From: Chiloscyllium plagiosum
Lineage: Eukaryota
Direction of reading: 5' to 3'
Length of the DNA: 64,000 bases
Assembly: GCF_004010195.1 (NCBI RefSeq)
Contig: NC_057720.1
Span: 75,203,782-75,267,781, forward strand
The position numbers were made by a program, and so were the translations under genes. A model generated the notes under the pieces. It had not been told where the DNA came from, made no database searches, and was given only the letters and a program-made list of their open reading frames with translations. Below are positions 25,215 through 37,961 of the stretch, piece after piece. Each line of letters starts with the position of its first letter. Positions within the stretch are counted from its first letter, which is position 1.

Positions 25215-25990
25215 TGGATGCACCAATCCTCCATGTTCCAGACCATACCCTGCAAACTCCCTCCCCATTCCTCCACATCCCACACCATACCCTGCAAACC
25301 CCCTCCTCAATCCTCCACATCCCACACCATACCCTGCAAACCCCCTCCCCAATTCTCCAAGTCCCAGGTCACACTCTGCGAACCCCCTCTCCAATCCTCA
25401 ACGTCCCCGGTCACACCCTGCAAACTCCCCCCCNNNNNNNNNNNNNNNNNNNNNNNNNNNNNNNNNNNNNNNNNNNNNNNNNNNNNNNNNNNNNNNNNNN
25501 NNNNNNNNNNNNNNNNNNNNNNNNNNNNNNNNNNNNNNNNNNNNNNNNNNNNNNNNNNNNNNNNNNNNNNNNNNNNNNNNNNNNNNNNNNNNNNNNNNNN
25601 NNNNNNNNNNNNNNNNNNNNNNNNNNNNNNNNNNNNNNNNNNNNNNNNNNNNNNNNNNNNNNNNNNNNNNNNCAAACCCCCACCCCCAATCCTCAACGTC
25701 CCGGGTCACACCCTGCAAACTCCCACCCCAATCCTCCACGTCCCGGGTCACACCCTACAAACCCCCACCCCCAATCCTCAACGTCCCGGGTCACACCCTG
25801 CAAACTCTCTCCCCAATCCTCAACGTCCCGGGTCACACCCTGCAAACTCTCTCCCCAATCCTCCACGTCCCGGGTCACACCCTGCAAACCCCCACCCCCA
25901 ATCCTCAACGTCCTGGGTCACACCCTGCAAACTCCCACCACAATCCTCAACGTCCCGGGTCACAGCCTGCAAACTCCCTCCCCAATCTCA
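25215..25990. repeat. C-rich minisatellite with a 42-43 bp unit, spanning an assembly gap (N at 25434-25672)
   Basis: Unit ccaatcctcaacgtcccgggtcacaccctgcaaactcccacc repeated on both sides of a 239-N gap. Confidence 0.95.
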
Positions 25991-26553
25991 AGAGTCTTTC
26001 TCCTGCTCCTCTCCCTGAGAGTAGAATGAAAGAAAGCAAACCACTGCCCACATATACTATTGCACAAAGCCGTCAGATGAACGCTACCTACAAACAACAA
26101 CGAACCAGGTTTCACAAGGTTCTCACACATCACTGACTTTGTCACAATGGTAGGACTTTGTGGAAAATTATCTAACAATTTTAATATTGATGGTGTTCGA
26201 AAGCATTACAAGACTGTACCTACCACAGGCTGATGTAATACTCAACTCAAAACAAACTGCTAACTTTATCTCTGCATTTTAACTTATTATTTCTCACAGT
26301 CAGTATAGCTTTAACAGACACGACGTCAAAACGGTCATGGGGTATTATCTATCCACATAAAGTTCACTGACAGCATCTTGCCTTGGGATCACTTTAAACA
26401 GGACTTCCTAGTGGAAACACGTTGTCTGTTGTAATCTATTAACTTAATATTAAAGCAAAGACTTTTCATTATACCCTCATTGTGTCGGAGCGACCGGCTA
26501 GGCCAGCATTTATTGACCATCCCCAATTGCTCAGCAGGCAGTTAAATGTCAAC

Positions 26554-26850
26554 CAGTGGTTAGCACTGCTGCCTCACAGCGCCAGAGACCCGGGTTCAAT
26601 TCCCGCCTCAGGCGACTGACTGTGTGGAGTTTGCACGTTCTCCCCGTGTCTGCATGGGTTTCCTCCGGGTGCTCCGGTTTCCTCCCACAGTCCAAAGATG
26701 TGCAGGTTAGGTGAATTGGCCATGCTAAATTGCCCGTAGTGTTAGGTAAGGGGTAAATGTAGGGGTATGGGTGGGTTACGCTTCGGCGGGTCGGTGTGGA
26801 CTTGTTGGGCCGAAGGGCCTGTTTCCACACTGTAATGTAATCTAATCTAA
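26554..26850 (+). mobile_element. HE1-type SINE (young, CpG-rich)
   Basis: cagtggttagcactgctgcctcacagcgccagagacccgggttcaattccc ... aatct tail. Confidence 0.93.
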
Positions 26851-27649
26851 TATTACTGTGCTGACGTCAAACAGATTTGACGCTACATTGTTTGATTACC
26901 AGCAACTTCTCCACAGGCCAGGCAGTGACCTGGCTCCCCAGGACTTGCAGTCAAACAGAAATGTAGTGGAGTGCAATTCCAGCCTGATAGCCCACAGCTT
27001 TATTTATACTCAAGATTACAATGTGACTCTCAGGTAATACTGTTCCATGGAGACACTTCTAAACACTCTTAGCAAACCTGAATACAAATACCTATACAGC
27101 AAGATTAAACACGCTGTCAATCACAGTGCTCCCATATCACTGTCTCTGCTCTTGAGCTTACCCACATTTGAACCTTAGTTTCTAACCCCAATGAATCACA
27201 TCCCTTTCCTTTGTAGTTGTGTTTTGTTTGAATACATCATTCTTCACTAACAGAACCTCTCTAATCCTGAAGATATCGATTCCTTACTGGTGTACAACTT
27301 AGAAACACAGCAATTGCTGGACAAAAATAGACTGGCCTCACCTAATTGAGCTTCTCCAGTCTAGCCGCCACACTGCAGTACAGAGTTGGTGAGTAATCAC
27401 AGTGATCCATCACTATCAATTAGTCTAAGGCAGAGCAGACATGATGTGAGAAACAGCCCAGTGGTGAACTGCATTGGGAACGATGAGCTCAAACTCAGGT
27501 ATTCTTCCCAAGCATATTACATTTGCCACATGCCCAGTGTCTCCTAAAAACCTGTCAAAATCAACTAGACAGGGTAAATGCCGAAAGGATGTTACTGACG
27601 ACGAGATAATTCATAACCAGGGGTCACTGCTTAAGAATGTAGGGTAGAC

Positions 27650-27890
27650 AAGCAGGATCCAGCAACTGCAGCTTTTCTTTGTCTCTACATTTGTGCCACT
27701 GCAAAAGTCTCTTCAATGACGATTTTCCTGCTCCTTGGATGCTGCCTGACCTGCTGTGCTTCTCCAGCACCACTCTAATCTAGACTCTCTTCAAAGATGC
27801 CCACTTTGAAGAAGTTCTCTGCCTCTCTCAGAGCCTCCTGCTCATCTACTCTGGATTCCAGCATCTGCAGTTTTTTTTTGTCTCTAACTA
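27650..27890 (+). mobile_element. Rearranged PLE pLTR fragments (family A) inserted in an old CR1 3' fragment (about 27565-28415)
   Basis: gattttcctgctccttggatgctgcctgacctgctgtgc from 27721; ends ccagcatctgcagttttttttgtctc. Diverged flanking duplication gaatgtagggtagac / ggatgcagggtaggc. Confidence 0.75.
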
Positions 27891-27956
27891 AAGGATGCAG
27901 GGTAGGCTATTTTAGGACCAAAATGTGGAGAACTTCCTTCACTCAGATTTTTTTAT

Positions 27957-28250
27957 GGATTAGATTCCTTACGGTGTAGAAACAGACCCTTCGGCCCAAC
28001 CCTCCAAACAGTAACCCACCCAGAACCATTTCCCTCCTAACACTAACACTAGTGGGCAATTTAGCGTGGCCAATTCACCTGACCTGCACATCTTTGGATT
28101 GTGGGAGGAAACCGGAGCACCTGGAGGAAACCCACACAGACACGGGGAGAATGTTTGTGTGGACTTTGCACAGTCACCCGAGGCTGGAATCAAACCTGGG
28201 ACCCTGGTACTGTGAGGCAGCAGTGCTCACCACTGAGCCACCGTGCCACC
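27957..28250 (-). mobile_element. HE1-type SINE
   Basis: Reverse complement of the HE1 head (cactgagccaccgtgccacc) and body. Confidence 0.92.
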
Positions 28251-30182
28251 CTAGGAGTGGGAAGTCTGTGGAATTCTCTTTCACAGAAACCAGTTGAGAC
28301 TAAAACCTTGAATGTTTTCAAGGAGGAGTTAGATATAGGTCTTGGAGCTAAAAGGATCAAAAGGTTTTGGGGAGAAAGGACAACAGGATACGGAGTTGGA
28401 TGGTCAGTCGTAATCAAAATGGACACACACACTTGTTCTCTGCACAGATGACCAGAATGCTCTTCCCAGAGCAGAAGGTGCAGGGCATGCTTTTTAGGGG
28501 TACAACACAAAGGTGATCACTGTAAAGCAGGTACAGTACAATGGTGAAAATTGTAAAGAGATTGAAACAAGAATAAACTGAATAGAAGTTAATCAAGCAT
28601 CCGGCAGTAGCAATTCATTTATAATTGACACAGGAGATTCCAGCCATCTTCGTGAGTGGGTGAGAATGTCTTCTAGAGGATTTTTCATTGTATTTCCCAT
28701 CCGTGCGAATATGTCTAAATGCCCCTTCTCCTGACATTCAGGTGTGTCCATTTTGTGTTCCTCCTGCGAGCAAAGTGTTCCAGGATCTGTCGGTCTGCCT
28801 CTTTGTTTGTGCGGTATTGGTTTCAATGGGAAGTGAGCCTGCCCTTAGCACATTGGGACTGCAGTGCTAATCTGGGCTGGGAGATAATTGTGAAAGCTGT
28901 TTTAGGAAGTGTATTGTCTGGTCTGGAAGTAGCTTGGCCACGTCTGGTTTCTATGTTAGCCTGTTTCGCCAAGACTGGGGCACTCTGGGTAGTGTCTGTG
29001 TGTGTTGGCAGGCTTGATTTCTGTGTTTTGCAGGCCAGCTTCTGTGTTTCTTATGTGGCCATGCTGTAGGTGAGCAGTGTGGCAGTTCTTACATACACAC
29101 ACACAAAAAAAAACACACACACACCTGAATCTCATTAAGTTCAGGAAAGTTTGACACAATACCCCAAAGGGAGGCGGCACTCCCAGTGGATGCCTCAAGC
29201 ACTTTGCAAGCCAACTGTAACATTGTGCTGGATTTTCACTGCGTGTCTTGTCAGACTGATATAAAGCTTGGTTACTGACCAGCCCCCCACCCAGATAGTC
29301 TTGGGAGCTGGGTCGCGTCCTGTTGCTGAATTCACACTGTGGTAAAGTCACAACTGCTTTACACTAAAAGTGCCAATGATTCTCACCAATATCTGGACAA
29401 ATACAGTCATCAAGTTGATGTGATTGGCAGTCAATAAGGATAAGCATTATTTCTCCCCAGATTCATTTTCAAAGGGGCCCATGTTCATTTTGACATCTCT
29501 CTTCATTTTTTATACATTTAAAGAAGCTCTTAATTTCAGTATTTATATTCCTCACTACTTTGCCCTTGTAGTTTACTTTGTCGCTTTTATCTTTTCAGTC
29601 CCCCTTAATCGGATTCTGCATTTATCCTAGTTTCGGGCTTATCACTCAGCTCTTTGTGTATGCACATGTGAGGAGGTATGACCATTAGTGAGGAGCTACA
29701 CTTGTAACCAGAGAAATCGCAAGCATCACTTCCAGAAGCGGATCCAGCATCTCCTACACTCCACCTCCCACCCCGGATTCCATCAACATCCCCCACCTCC
29801 TCACCTCAAGAAAACTATCCAGGGACCTCCCTAGAAGACAGTCCAGGTCCCAGCTATGACCCCGAAACTCCCAACCTACTGTGTTCCACTTCCCCATCAT
29901 GGTCACCATCTCAGCCACTCCACTATTCTCATCTTAATCCCAAGACCTCGTTGCTGATACTACCCAATCACCCTGTAGATACAATATCCAATCAGCACCC
30001 CTCCCAGTTATAGCTGCATCACTCACATTCACAAACGGCCCTTCCCTGATGACCACCCCAGGCTGTGGCTGGACAGACTTCCAGCCTTGGCCAGCCTCCT
30101 TGCCCCATACCCATTACACTGCAGCCTCCCCCCTTTGGCCTTCCTCAGTCCCTCTTGCAACTTAGACAACAGATACTCCATA

Positions 30183-30520
30183 TCTAATGTAGATTTCTCC
30201 AGCTTCCACATTTCCCCTCCCCCCACCTTATCTCAGTCCCAACCCCCGGATTCAGCACCACCCTCTTGACCTGCAATCTTCTTCCCGACCTCTCCGCCCC
30301 CACCCCATCTCCGGCATATCACCCTCACCCTCACCTCCTTCCACCTATCCTATTCCCAGCGCCCCTCCCCAAAATTCCCTCCCCTCTACCCTTTATCACA
30401 GCCCGCTTGGCACACCAGCCTCATTCCTGAAGAAGGGCTTAAGCCCGAAACGTCGATTCTCCTGCTCCTTGGATACTGCGTGGCCTGCTGTGTTTTTCCA
30501 GCACCACATTTTTCAACTCC
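30183..30520 (+). mobile_element. Penelope-like element 3' end (ORF C-terminus, pyrimidine-rich UTR, pLTR with hammerhead)
   Basis: NVDFSSF resembles the recalled end of PLE GIY-YIG ORFs. It is followed by a C-rich tract and the family-A pLTR. Confidence 0.8.
30423..30458 (+). ncRNA. Minimal type-I hammerhead ribozyme motif
   Basis: AUUC-CUGAAGA-A-GGGC UUAA GCCC-GAAAC-GUC^GAUU. Core intact, predicted cut after 30454. Confidence 0.78.
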
Positions 30521-31022
30521 ATATCAGTCGATGAATGCTTCTTAGAGAGGAGTAAACTGTGGCTGCTCATTCCAAAGTCCTGGTGAAAGATTTCCCTTGC
30601 TTTCACTTGCATAGAACACAATAGTGAAGGGGAATCAGTTCTGGCGAGCTTGCCTTCACAAGAGCATGCATGACATACAAACAAAGAGCTTCCCATTCCT
30701 CAGTATCAGGAAGTTGGATCAGCCTTTCAAGGTGAAAAATTTACAAGCAAACTTGGGATTCAAAATATTGACCTCCAATGGAAGTCATTTTGCCACTGCT
30801 CTCCTCCCCACACCGGTGGACCTGGAAAATTCCATCTGTGATCTCAGGTATTGGGGTCTTCTCTGTGGGATCAAAGTCTTGACATCGTAGTTCGGAAATT
30901 GCCTTATTCAGAGAGCGCACATGGACAGATATCACCAGACTGAGCGTCCGCTCCCCACTTGAGCCCCCAATCCCATTCCCAAGCCTAGCGTGTATTAGGT
31001 CTTTGAAAGTCTCCAGTTTTTT

Positions 31023-31333
31023 TTAGATTCTCTACAGTGTGGAAACAGGCCCTTCAGCCCAACAAGTCCACACCGACCCTCCGAACAGTAACCCACCCAG
31101 ACCCATTTCCCTCTGACTAATGCACCTAACACTATGGGCAATTTAACATGGATAATTCACCTGACCTGAACATCTTTGGATTGTGGGAGGAAACTGGAGC
31201 ACCCGGAGGAAACCCATGCAAACACGGGGAGAACGCGCAAACTCCACACAGACAGTCGCCAGAGGCTGGAATCGAACCTGTGACCCTGGTGCTATGGGGC
31301 AGCAGTGGTAACCACTGAGCCACCGTGCCGCCC
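31023..31333 (-). mobile_element. HE1-type SINE
   Basis: Full-length reverse-complement copy. Confidence 0.92.
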
Positions 31334-33670
31334 ACAAGTTATTATGTCCATCCCTGTACCCAGGCCTTGTGTGGGCACCTTAACAATATCAGATGCTCAT
31401 GATGCACAGATCTGATCCCACTGTGTGTCATGGACAAGACTGAGGTCTCACACCAATGGTCTGGCACTATTACGTGTGAAAGATTTTCTACGAGCCTCAC
31501 AATCTGTAGGCTCACATTTAATGGGATTCTACATTTGTTGACTTAGCAATATATTTACTCATGCTGCTCTAATCTTGGAAGCTTTTCAATTTTTAATGTG
31601 ATTTTCCCCTGTGCCAAAAGAACAAAGGCCAAGTCTGAGTGAATTTCAAATTAATCAAAAAGCTGAAGTAGAATAACAGGGAAAAAAGTCACTTGATTCT
31701 GAAAAGTTGGCCATGATTTGAAGAGAAATTCTGGGGGAAAAAGAAGCTTAATTGCAGGAAATTTGTTACTGAGGCTCGATCGCATGGGTCAGAGACACTT
31801 AAGTAAAGGAATTGATGGGCGGCTGTCAAAGATCCTAGCAGACTTGAGGAGCAATGTATTGGGCAGAACTGCTCATCCACAATGCAAATTTTGATGACTT
31901 TTAATCTGCATAATTTCTTTGCATCCAACTGCATATGTCTCTGGGTACAAATGCAACCGGAAAATTCAAGTAAGTGAGACAGTGTCGCAGGATTCCATAT
32001 ACAGTAGAGAATAAACAGCTCAGAGAAATTAATTCACTTAAAGTTACATTCATCCATCCAAAATGTTCAGTTACGTACATTGTAAGAGGTTAAACACTAC
32101 CTCCTGGAGGAGGCACGACGCTGTCGTTTTGCACTCAATTTTTATTGAATTAATTAACTGTCATTTGTAAACCAAAATCCATGTAGCTAAGTAGCAATAT
32201 GCTAAAAAGGGTCACTGAGGTGGCAATTTTTCCGGAACAGGAATGGAGAAGGGAGATTGTCATTTTGTACTGATAACCTATTGGTAACTGGCTTCAGTTC
32301 TACTGGGACATAAACTGTACAGACCACCCATAGGGAGAAAATTAATCACTCCCTGTACTGACAAGCTCAAGGTCAAAGTCGCAAACATGTTGCCAAAATA
32401 ATTTACTTAAAACCAATAAATCACGCACCAGCCAATTCAGAGAGTCAAGTAAAACAGATCAGACTTTTTCTCAATCCACTTTTCCCAACAAAACTAGTGA
32501 AAAGTGACAAATGTCTACATATTTTCTGACCTTGAATTTCTTCAACGCATCCCTAAGCCGACCGGTAAGACAGACAGAATCATTCTGGAGGTATTTCACC
32601 CATTGTCACATAGTCAGCTCCCAATTAGTTTTGAAGTGACACTCCAGCCAACAGGCAATGCTTTCTGTTAATAATCACTTATACAGAGCTTTTAAAAAAT
32701 GGGCATCGATGAGTGCTGTTAACAGCAAGTCACATCTCATTAACTGCATTCCCAGTATCACAAAGGCAGACTCCAGTGAAGATATGCTCCAAGCCTTGGC
32801 CATTGCTGCTTGACTCAGTCTTCCAGAGTTTGCAAAAGATTCTCCCTTCATCTTATGAAGATTTACAGTCTGTCCAGCAGTTTTTCACTAACTCATCCCT
32901 GGGAAATCTGTACCAGCCTTAACTGTGATAATCAATAGTCCACTCGTCAGGGTCAAATCACGGTCTTCTCAAGTCCTGCTCGCACCCCTATGGTATACAT
33001 TCCCATCTTAAGTTACAGGAAATAAATTCCCTTTTAAAATCAATTTCAAATTATTCAATTTAAGATTGACGCGATTGTCCTTAATCAAACTCAAGGTGAG
33101 ACTAATCAAATCACGACTGCTTTGAAAGTTAATGGCTCTTTACGTGGGAGGAGGGGGCTGGAATGGGGGAATTTTTTTAAACTCCCCATGCAGGGGAGGT
33201 GGGGTACATGCACTCTTTAAAAATAGTGCTCCCAGTCAGTCTTCCAATGTCTTCAGAACTCACTGCAGTTTTGTAAGAGAGGATGGGTGGAGGGGCTAAG
33301 GGGAGAAGTGGTGACTCTTACACCTTCACCTTGTGACTTATTTAGCACCGTGAAGTGCTCGGTCACAAGCTGAAAGGCAACCGAGGGAGATGTCCAGTCG
33401 TCAGAAGAGTGAAGGAAATGGTATCGGACCGAAGCATGGTTTCCCCACCAAATTAAAACTTCAGAAAAGAAGGGGAAACTCTAACAGAGATATTCATGTG
33501 GTCACTCAAAGTTGCCATCACTTTTGTGCGGAATGGATCAAGAACGAGATGACTGACCATTTAGAGTCACACAGGTCTTCTGCTTTCCTGCCTCCTCCAT
33601 TCTACAAGGCAGTAGCCAACCTATTCATGGCTGCTAGCTGCCTTTCAGATTGACCGTCCAGAGAGACAGC

Positions 33671-33756
33671 AGCTTTTCCAGCAACACATTTTCAGCGCAT
33701 TTCCAGCAACACATTTTCAGCTCTGATCTCCAGCATCTGCAGCCCTCACTTTCTCT
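33671..33756 (+). mobile_element. 86-bp PLE pLTR 3' end with an internal tandem duplication and a 16-bp TSD
   Basis: TSD cgtccagagagacagc at 33655-33670 and 33757-33772. tttccagcaacacattttcagc occurs twice; ends ctccagcatctgcagccctcactttct. Confidence 0.88.
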
Positions 33757-35276
33757 CGTCCAGAGAGACAGCTCTGTTAATACCCAAAAACATCAACTGA
33801 GCTTCTCCTGCATGTCACATGTGGACTTGGCATGTCAAAACATGTTGATGTCTGACTGATCTTTACAGGAACTTGTGGGCAGCGGTAGTGTCCCTACCTC
33901 TAGGCCAGGAGGCCCAGGTTTAAGTCCCACCTCCTCCAGAGCAGTGTCATAACTCATCTGAATGGGTTGATTAAAATTATGCATAAAATAATCTTGTTAG
34001 TGATGGCAGTGTCAGGTTGCAACCACTTGGCTCATTCATGCCAAACAAAGACAAGACTGATTTAGGGTAAGTATATAAATTAACAGCGCATGTTGGCAAA
34101 ACCAATTCAATGGCAAATCAATGGGGGAGCTTTCCTCCAGGAAGATAACAGATTGCACACCAATGTTTCCCAAAGGTTTCCCTGCTGCGATCCCATTTTA
34201 ATGCCTCAGATCTTGCGTGGCCCTGGAATGGAAGTTTGACACATGTATGGGCGATGGACATGGGGCTCCAGTTTCAGGACGGGAGAGGGGCTAGTTCTTG
34301 GTCTGGCAGGGACAACACCATCTGAGCATTGGTTTGGTAGATGCCCCCCACCAAATAACATGCAAGGATTTAAAAAGATACCTCACAGCCGTCAGAAATC
34401 GGTCCAGGTTTCAAGGCAGCCATTGTTGTCTCAAAGGTCGTGACCCCAAAGTGACATCTCATAACCCCAATGGAAGGGGTCAGGATCCACAGTTTGGGAA
34501 GCCCTGTTGTATGGAGTTTAAAATCTTTGACCAGTGTGTGAGAAGAGTGTGTGACAGGAATTCACTGACTAACTAGATGATGACAACAATTATGCTGTTT
34601 TAAATCACAGCACAACAGCAAAATACCACAGCGTCTGGAATCAGAAAATGCTGGGAATACACAGTAAAACTAACAGCATCTACAGAATGCAAAGAGAATT
34701 CCCAAAACAACTGACAGCTCTACTGCGTATTTTCTATTTTTAATTTGGGACCCTGTGGTATTTGGCTATCGTCTTGGGGAGTAGTGTTGAGCGTTTTCTG
34801 TTTTATTTGATATTCATCAGCAATTATATTCCTGAGGATTTCACTTCTCTGCTCACATGACAGGAATTAGATAAGAGTGATTTGAGTTATCTCAGACTAA
34901 CTGTTGATTGGCAGGATAATGAGTGAGATGCTAATGAAAGCAATAAGGAATACACATTATCATTCATATGCTGTTTGGGAGTATATTGGTTGTAGAATCA
35001 AACATTGTACAGATAGTTTATTGCTGCATCTTTCAGCTTTCCTGTATAATGTTATTTGCAAGGGCACTTTGTGACAAAATTTGTGTTTAAGAGGGATTTG
35101 TTCTGTTCTCCTTGAAGGGGGTGTTGTAAACATGGTAGTGAGTTGTCTGCTCCAAGGAAAGCACAATAAAAAGCTTTGTTTTTTTTGAAATTAGACAAAA
35201 TGTGAGTAGAGTCAGGCTTACATAGACCCTTACTTTCAGTTGTTGAAGTTGGGGTTTTGGGGTTGAAGCTGCTAGA

Positions 35277-35280
<4 letters not shown>

Positions 35281-35313
<33 letters not shown>

Positions 35314-35352
35314 TGCTTCAAAAGCTTCAGTTCTCTCTCTCTCTCTCTCTCT
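35281..35352. repeat. Two (CT)n microsatellites
   Basis: tc runs at 35281-35311 and about 35332-35352. Confidence 0.9.
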
Positions 35353-35451
35353 ATTGCTAGATTCATTCAGTTGGTGATCCATCTCCCTCACTGGAGAAGA
35401 TAGCAAGTGAAGGAAATCTGTTTTGGTGAATTTGCCTTAGCCAAAGGTGTA

Positions 35452-35764
35452 TTTAGATTAGATTCCCTACAGTGTGGAAACAGGCCCTTCGGCCCAACAA
35501 GTCCACACCGACCCGCCGAAGCGTAACCCACCCAGACCCTTCTCCTACATTTATCCCTTCACCTAACACTATGGGCAATTTAGCATGGCCAATTCTCCTG
35601 ACCTGCACATTTTTGGATTGTGGGAGATAACCGGAGCACCCGGTGGAAACCCACACAGACACAGGGGGGAATGTGCAAACTCCACACAGAGAGTCGCCTG
35701 AGGCGGGAATTGAACCCGGGTCTCTGGCGCTGCGAGGCAGCAGTGCTAACCACTGTACCGCCCA
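35452..35764 (-). mobile_element. HE1-type SINE
   Basis: Reverse-complement copy with agatt tail. Confidence 0.92.
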
Positions 35765-35941
35765 CTCTAATTCGACGGAATGGTCAGATATTGCTTTGGG
35801 TAGAGGATTGTGGGAATTATTGGTCTAGGTACACCGCAGTTGCTCAAAAATGGTGACATTCAAGCAATAGGTGGAATCCAAATTTATCATCTCATCCAGA
35901 AGATAGCAGTCAATAAATGTCTGAAGCGATTATAATGTAGG

Positions 35942-36167
35942 CAGAAGTGGGTGCTGGAGATTAGAGATGCTGGAGATTAGAGTCAGGGTTAGAGTAGTGC
36001 TTGAAAAGCACAGGTCAGACAGCATCCGAGGAGCAGGAAAATTGATGTTTCGGACAAAAGACCTTCATCAGGAATGATGGAGGGCTTTTGCCTGAAACGC
36101 TGATTTTCCTGCTCCTCGAATGCTGCCTGACCTGCTGTGCTTTTCCAGCACCACTCTAACCTTGACA
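35942..36167. mobile_element. Fold-back PLE pLTR element (family A) with 13-bp TSD and two decayed, oppositely oriented hammerheads
   Basis: TSD attataatgtagg at 35929-35941 and 36168-36180. Minus core CUGAUGA-A-GGUCUUUUGUCC-GAAAC-AUC at 36040-36075; plus core decayed (tgatggagggcttttgcctgaaacg). Confidence 0.88.
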
Positions 36168-36329
36168 ATTATAATGTAGGAAACTAGGCCATTAATTGGC
36201 ACACTGCAAGATCTCAATGTGATAATGACCAAACAATCTGTTCTATCCTCGCTGAGTGAAGAATAAGTATCAGCCATTCCACTTCGAAATAGTGACATAT
36301 TTAATATAACAATAAAGACGAAAGCAGGT

Positions 36330-37140
36330 TGTGAGGAGGTTACTAAGAGGCTGAAAAATGATACAGATAGGTTAAATGAATGGGCAGAGAGTTGAGGAAA
36401 AATAAGTTGGTTCACTTTGTAAGGAAGATTAGTAAAGGAGAATATTATTTAAATACTGAGACAGTGAAGAAAGCTCAGTACAGTGGTCTATGAGTGTCCT
36501 TGTATGTGAATCACAACACAGCTGACTGGAAGATGCAGCAAATAATTAGAAAGGCAAATGGAATGTTAGCCTTTACTACTTATATACTGCAATACCCTTG
36601 TAACAAAGTATTGCTGCAACTGTACAAAGCAATGGTGAGACCACACCTGAAGTACTGAGAGTAGTTATGGTCCCCTTGCTTAAGGAGACAGACATTTGCA
36701 TTAGAGGCAGTTCAGAGAAGGTTCACTTAGCTGACTCCTTGGATGAAAGAGGCTGTCTTAGGAGCAAACCTGTTGCACAATTAATGCTCAGTGCAGTGTA
36801 GAGAAAATATATTAAATAACATAGAAAATTCAGAGAGGGCTTGACAGGACAGATACTGGGAGGATGTTCCAGTTTAAGAATAAAGGAGTCTCCCATTTAA
36901 CTTGAGAGGAGGAAGAATACTGAGTATCTTTGGAATTCTCTTCCACAGTGAGCAATGGAGGCAGTTACTGAATATATTCAGGGCTGCATTCAGCAGACTC
37001 TTGATCTACGAAGGGAGCTGAGAAGTGTTATGGGAGAGCAGATAGGAAAATTGTGGATCCTCGGTGAGATCAGTAATGATCTTACTGAATGGCACAGCAG
37101 ATCCATTGGGCCCAATGGTCTACCCCTGCTCCTTTCTTTT
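36330..37140 (+). mobile_element. Old CR1 LINE 3' half
   Basis: KANGMLAF, LLQLYKAMVRPHLKY and LEAVQRRFT remnants; CR1-type 3' UTR. Confidence 0.8.
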
Positions 37141-37828
37141 TATTATCTCAATCTTCCACACGCCCAAGCAGCCAACTGGAGGACCAGTTTAATACCTTAT
37201 CCCAAGAATGGCATCTTTGACGGTGCAGTATTCCCTCTGTATTGCACTGGAGTGTCAGCTGGCATAGCTGCGAAATGGTGTATTATTATCAGTGTGAGGA
37301 AAAAGCACTGATGCTTATTGGAGAGACAAACAGGTAATCCAAAAAACCAGAGTAGCACTTCAGAATTTAAATTGCCAGAATTAATTGTTAAGTGTTTATA
37401 GGTTCCCCTCGCTCAATGTGTGATCTGTTTGCTAGTAATATTTGCTTTCTTTGAAAGAGAGATGCAAGAGCTCACAGCTGTGCATGTTTGTGAAGGCTGT
37501 GTTGCATGCTAATAGAACAAAGTCATGATGCTCTAAGGAACACAGGTCTCCAGAATTTATTTGTGACTTGGCGGTTGTCATGATTCTGTTGGCCATTCAG
37601 CACCATCTCCCAGCCTAATCCTTCTAATTGTTACTTCCCTGCTGGTCTTCAAGAGCCTTCCAGAAACCTAGTCTCTCAGCTTCTGCTATTCCCACTGATA
37701 CACCCCCCGCCGCCTCAGCATCACAGTCTCTCCAGGGCTGTCCTGGAACCTCCCGGATTTAAACTTGAAGCTGTTGAAGATTTGCCGTGAGCAATCCAGG
37801 AGAAAAGCCGCTGGGGCATTAAAAGAAA

Positions 37829-37961
37829 TAGGAACAAATTACTGCAGATGCTGGAATCCGTGCTGAAAACAACCAAATGCTGGAGATCACAGCAGGGCAG
37901 GCAGCATCCACGGGAGAGACTGCCTGACCTGCTGCAATCTCCAGCATTTGTTGTTTTCAGA
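37829..37961. mobile_element. Fold-back PLE pLTR element without a hammerhead
   Basis: Arms ctgaaaacaaccaaatgctggagatcacagcagggcaggcag / ctgcctgacctgctgcaatctccagcatttgttgttttcag. Diverged TSD ggcattaaaagaaa / ggcattagagaaa. Confidence 0.8.

Noticed and set aside
25140-26018. 292-aa Pro-rich ORF, or a CRISPR-like array
   Set aside because: It is the translation of a minisatellite across an N gap. The units are contiguous with no unique spacers.
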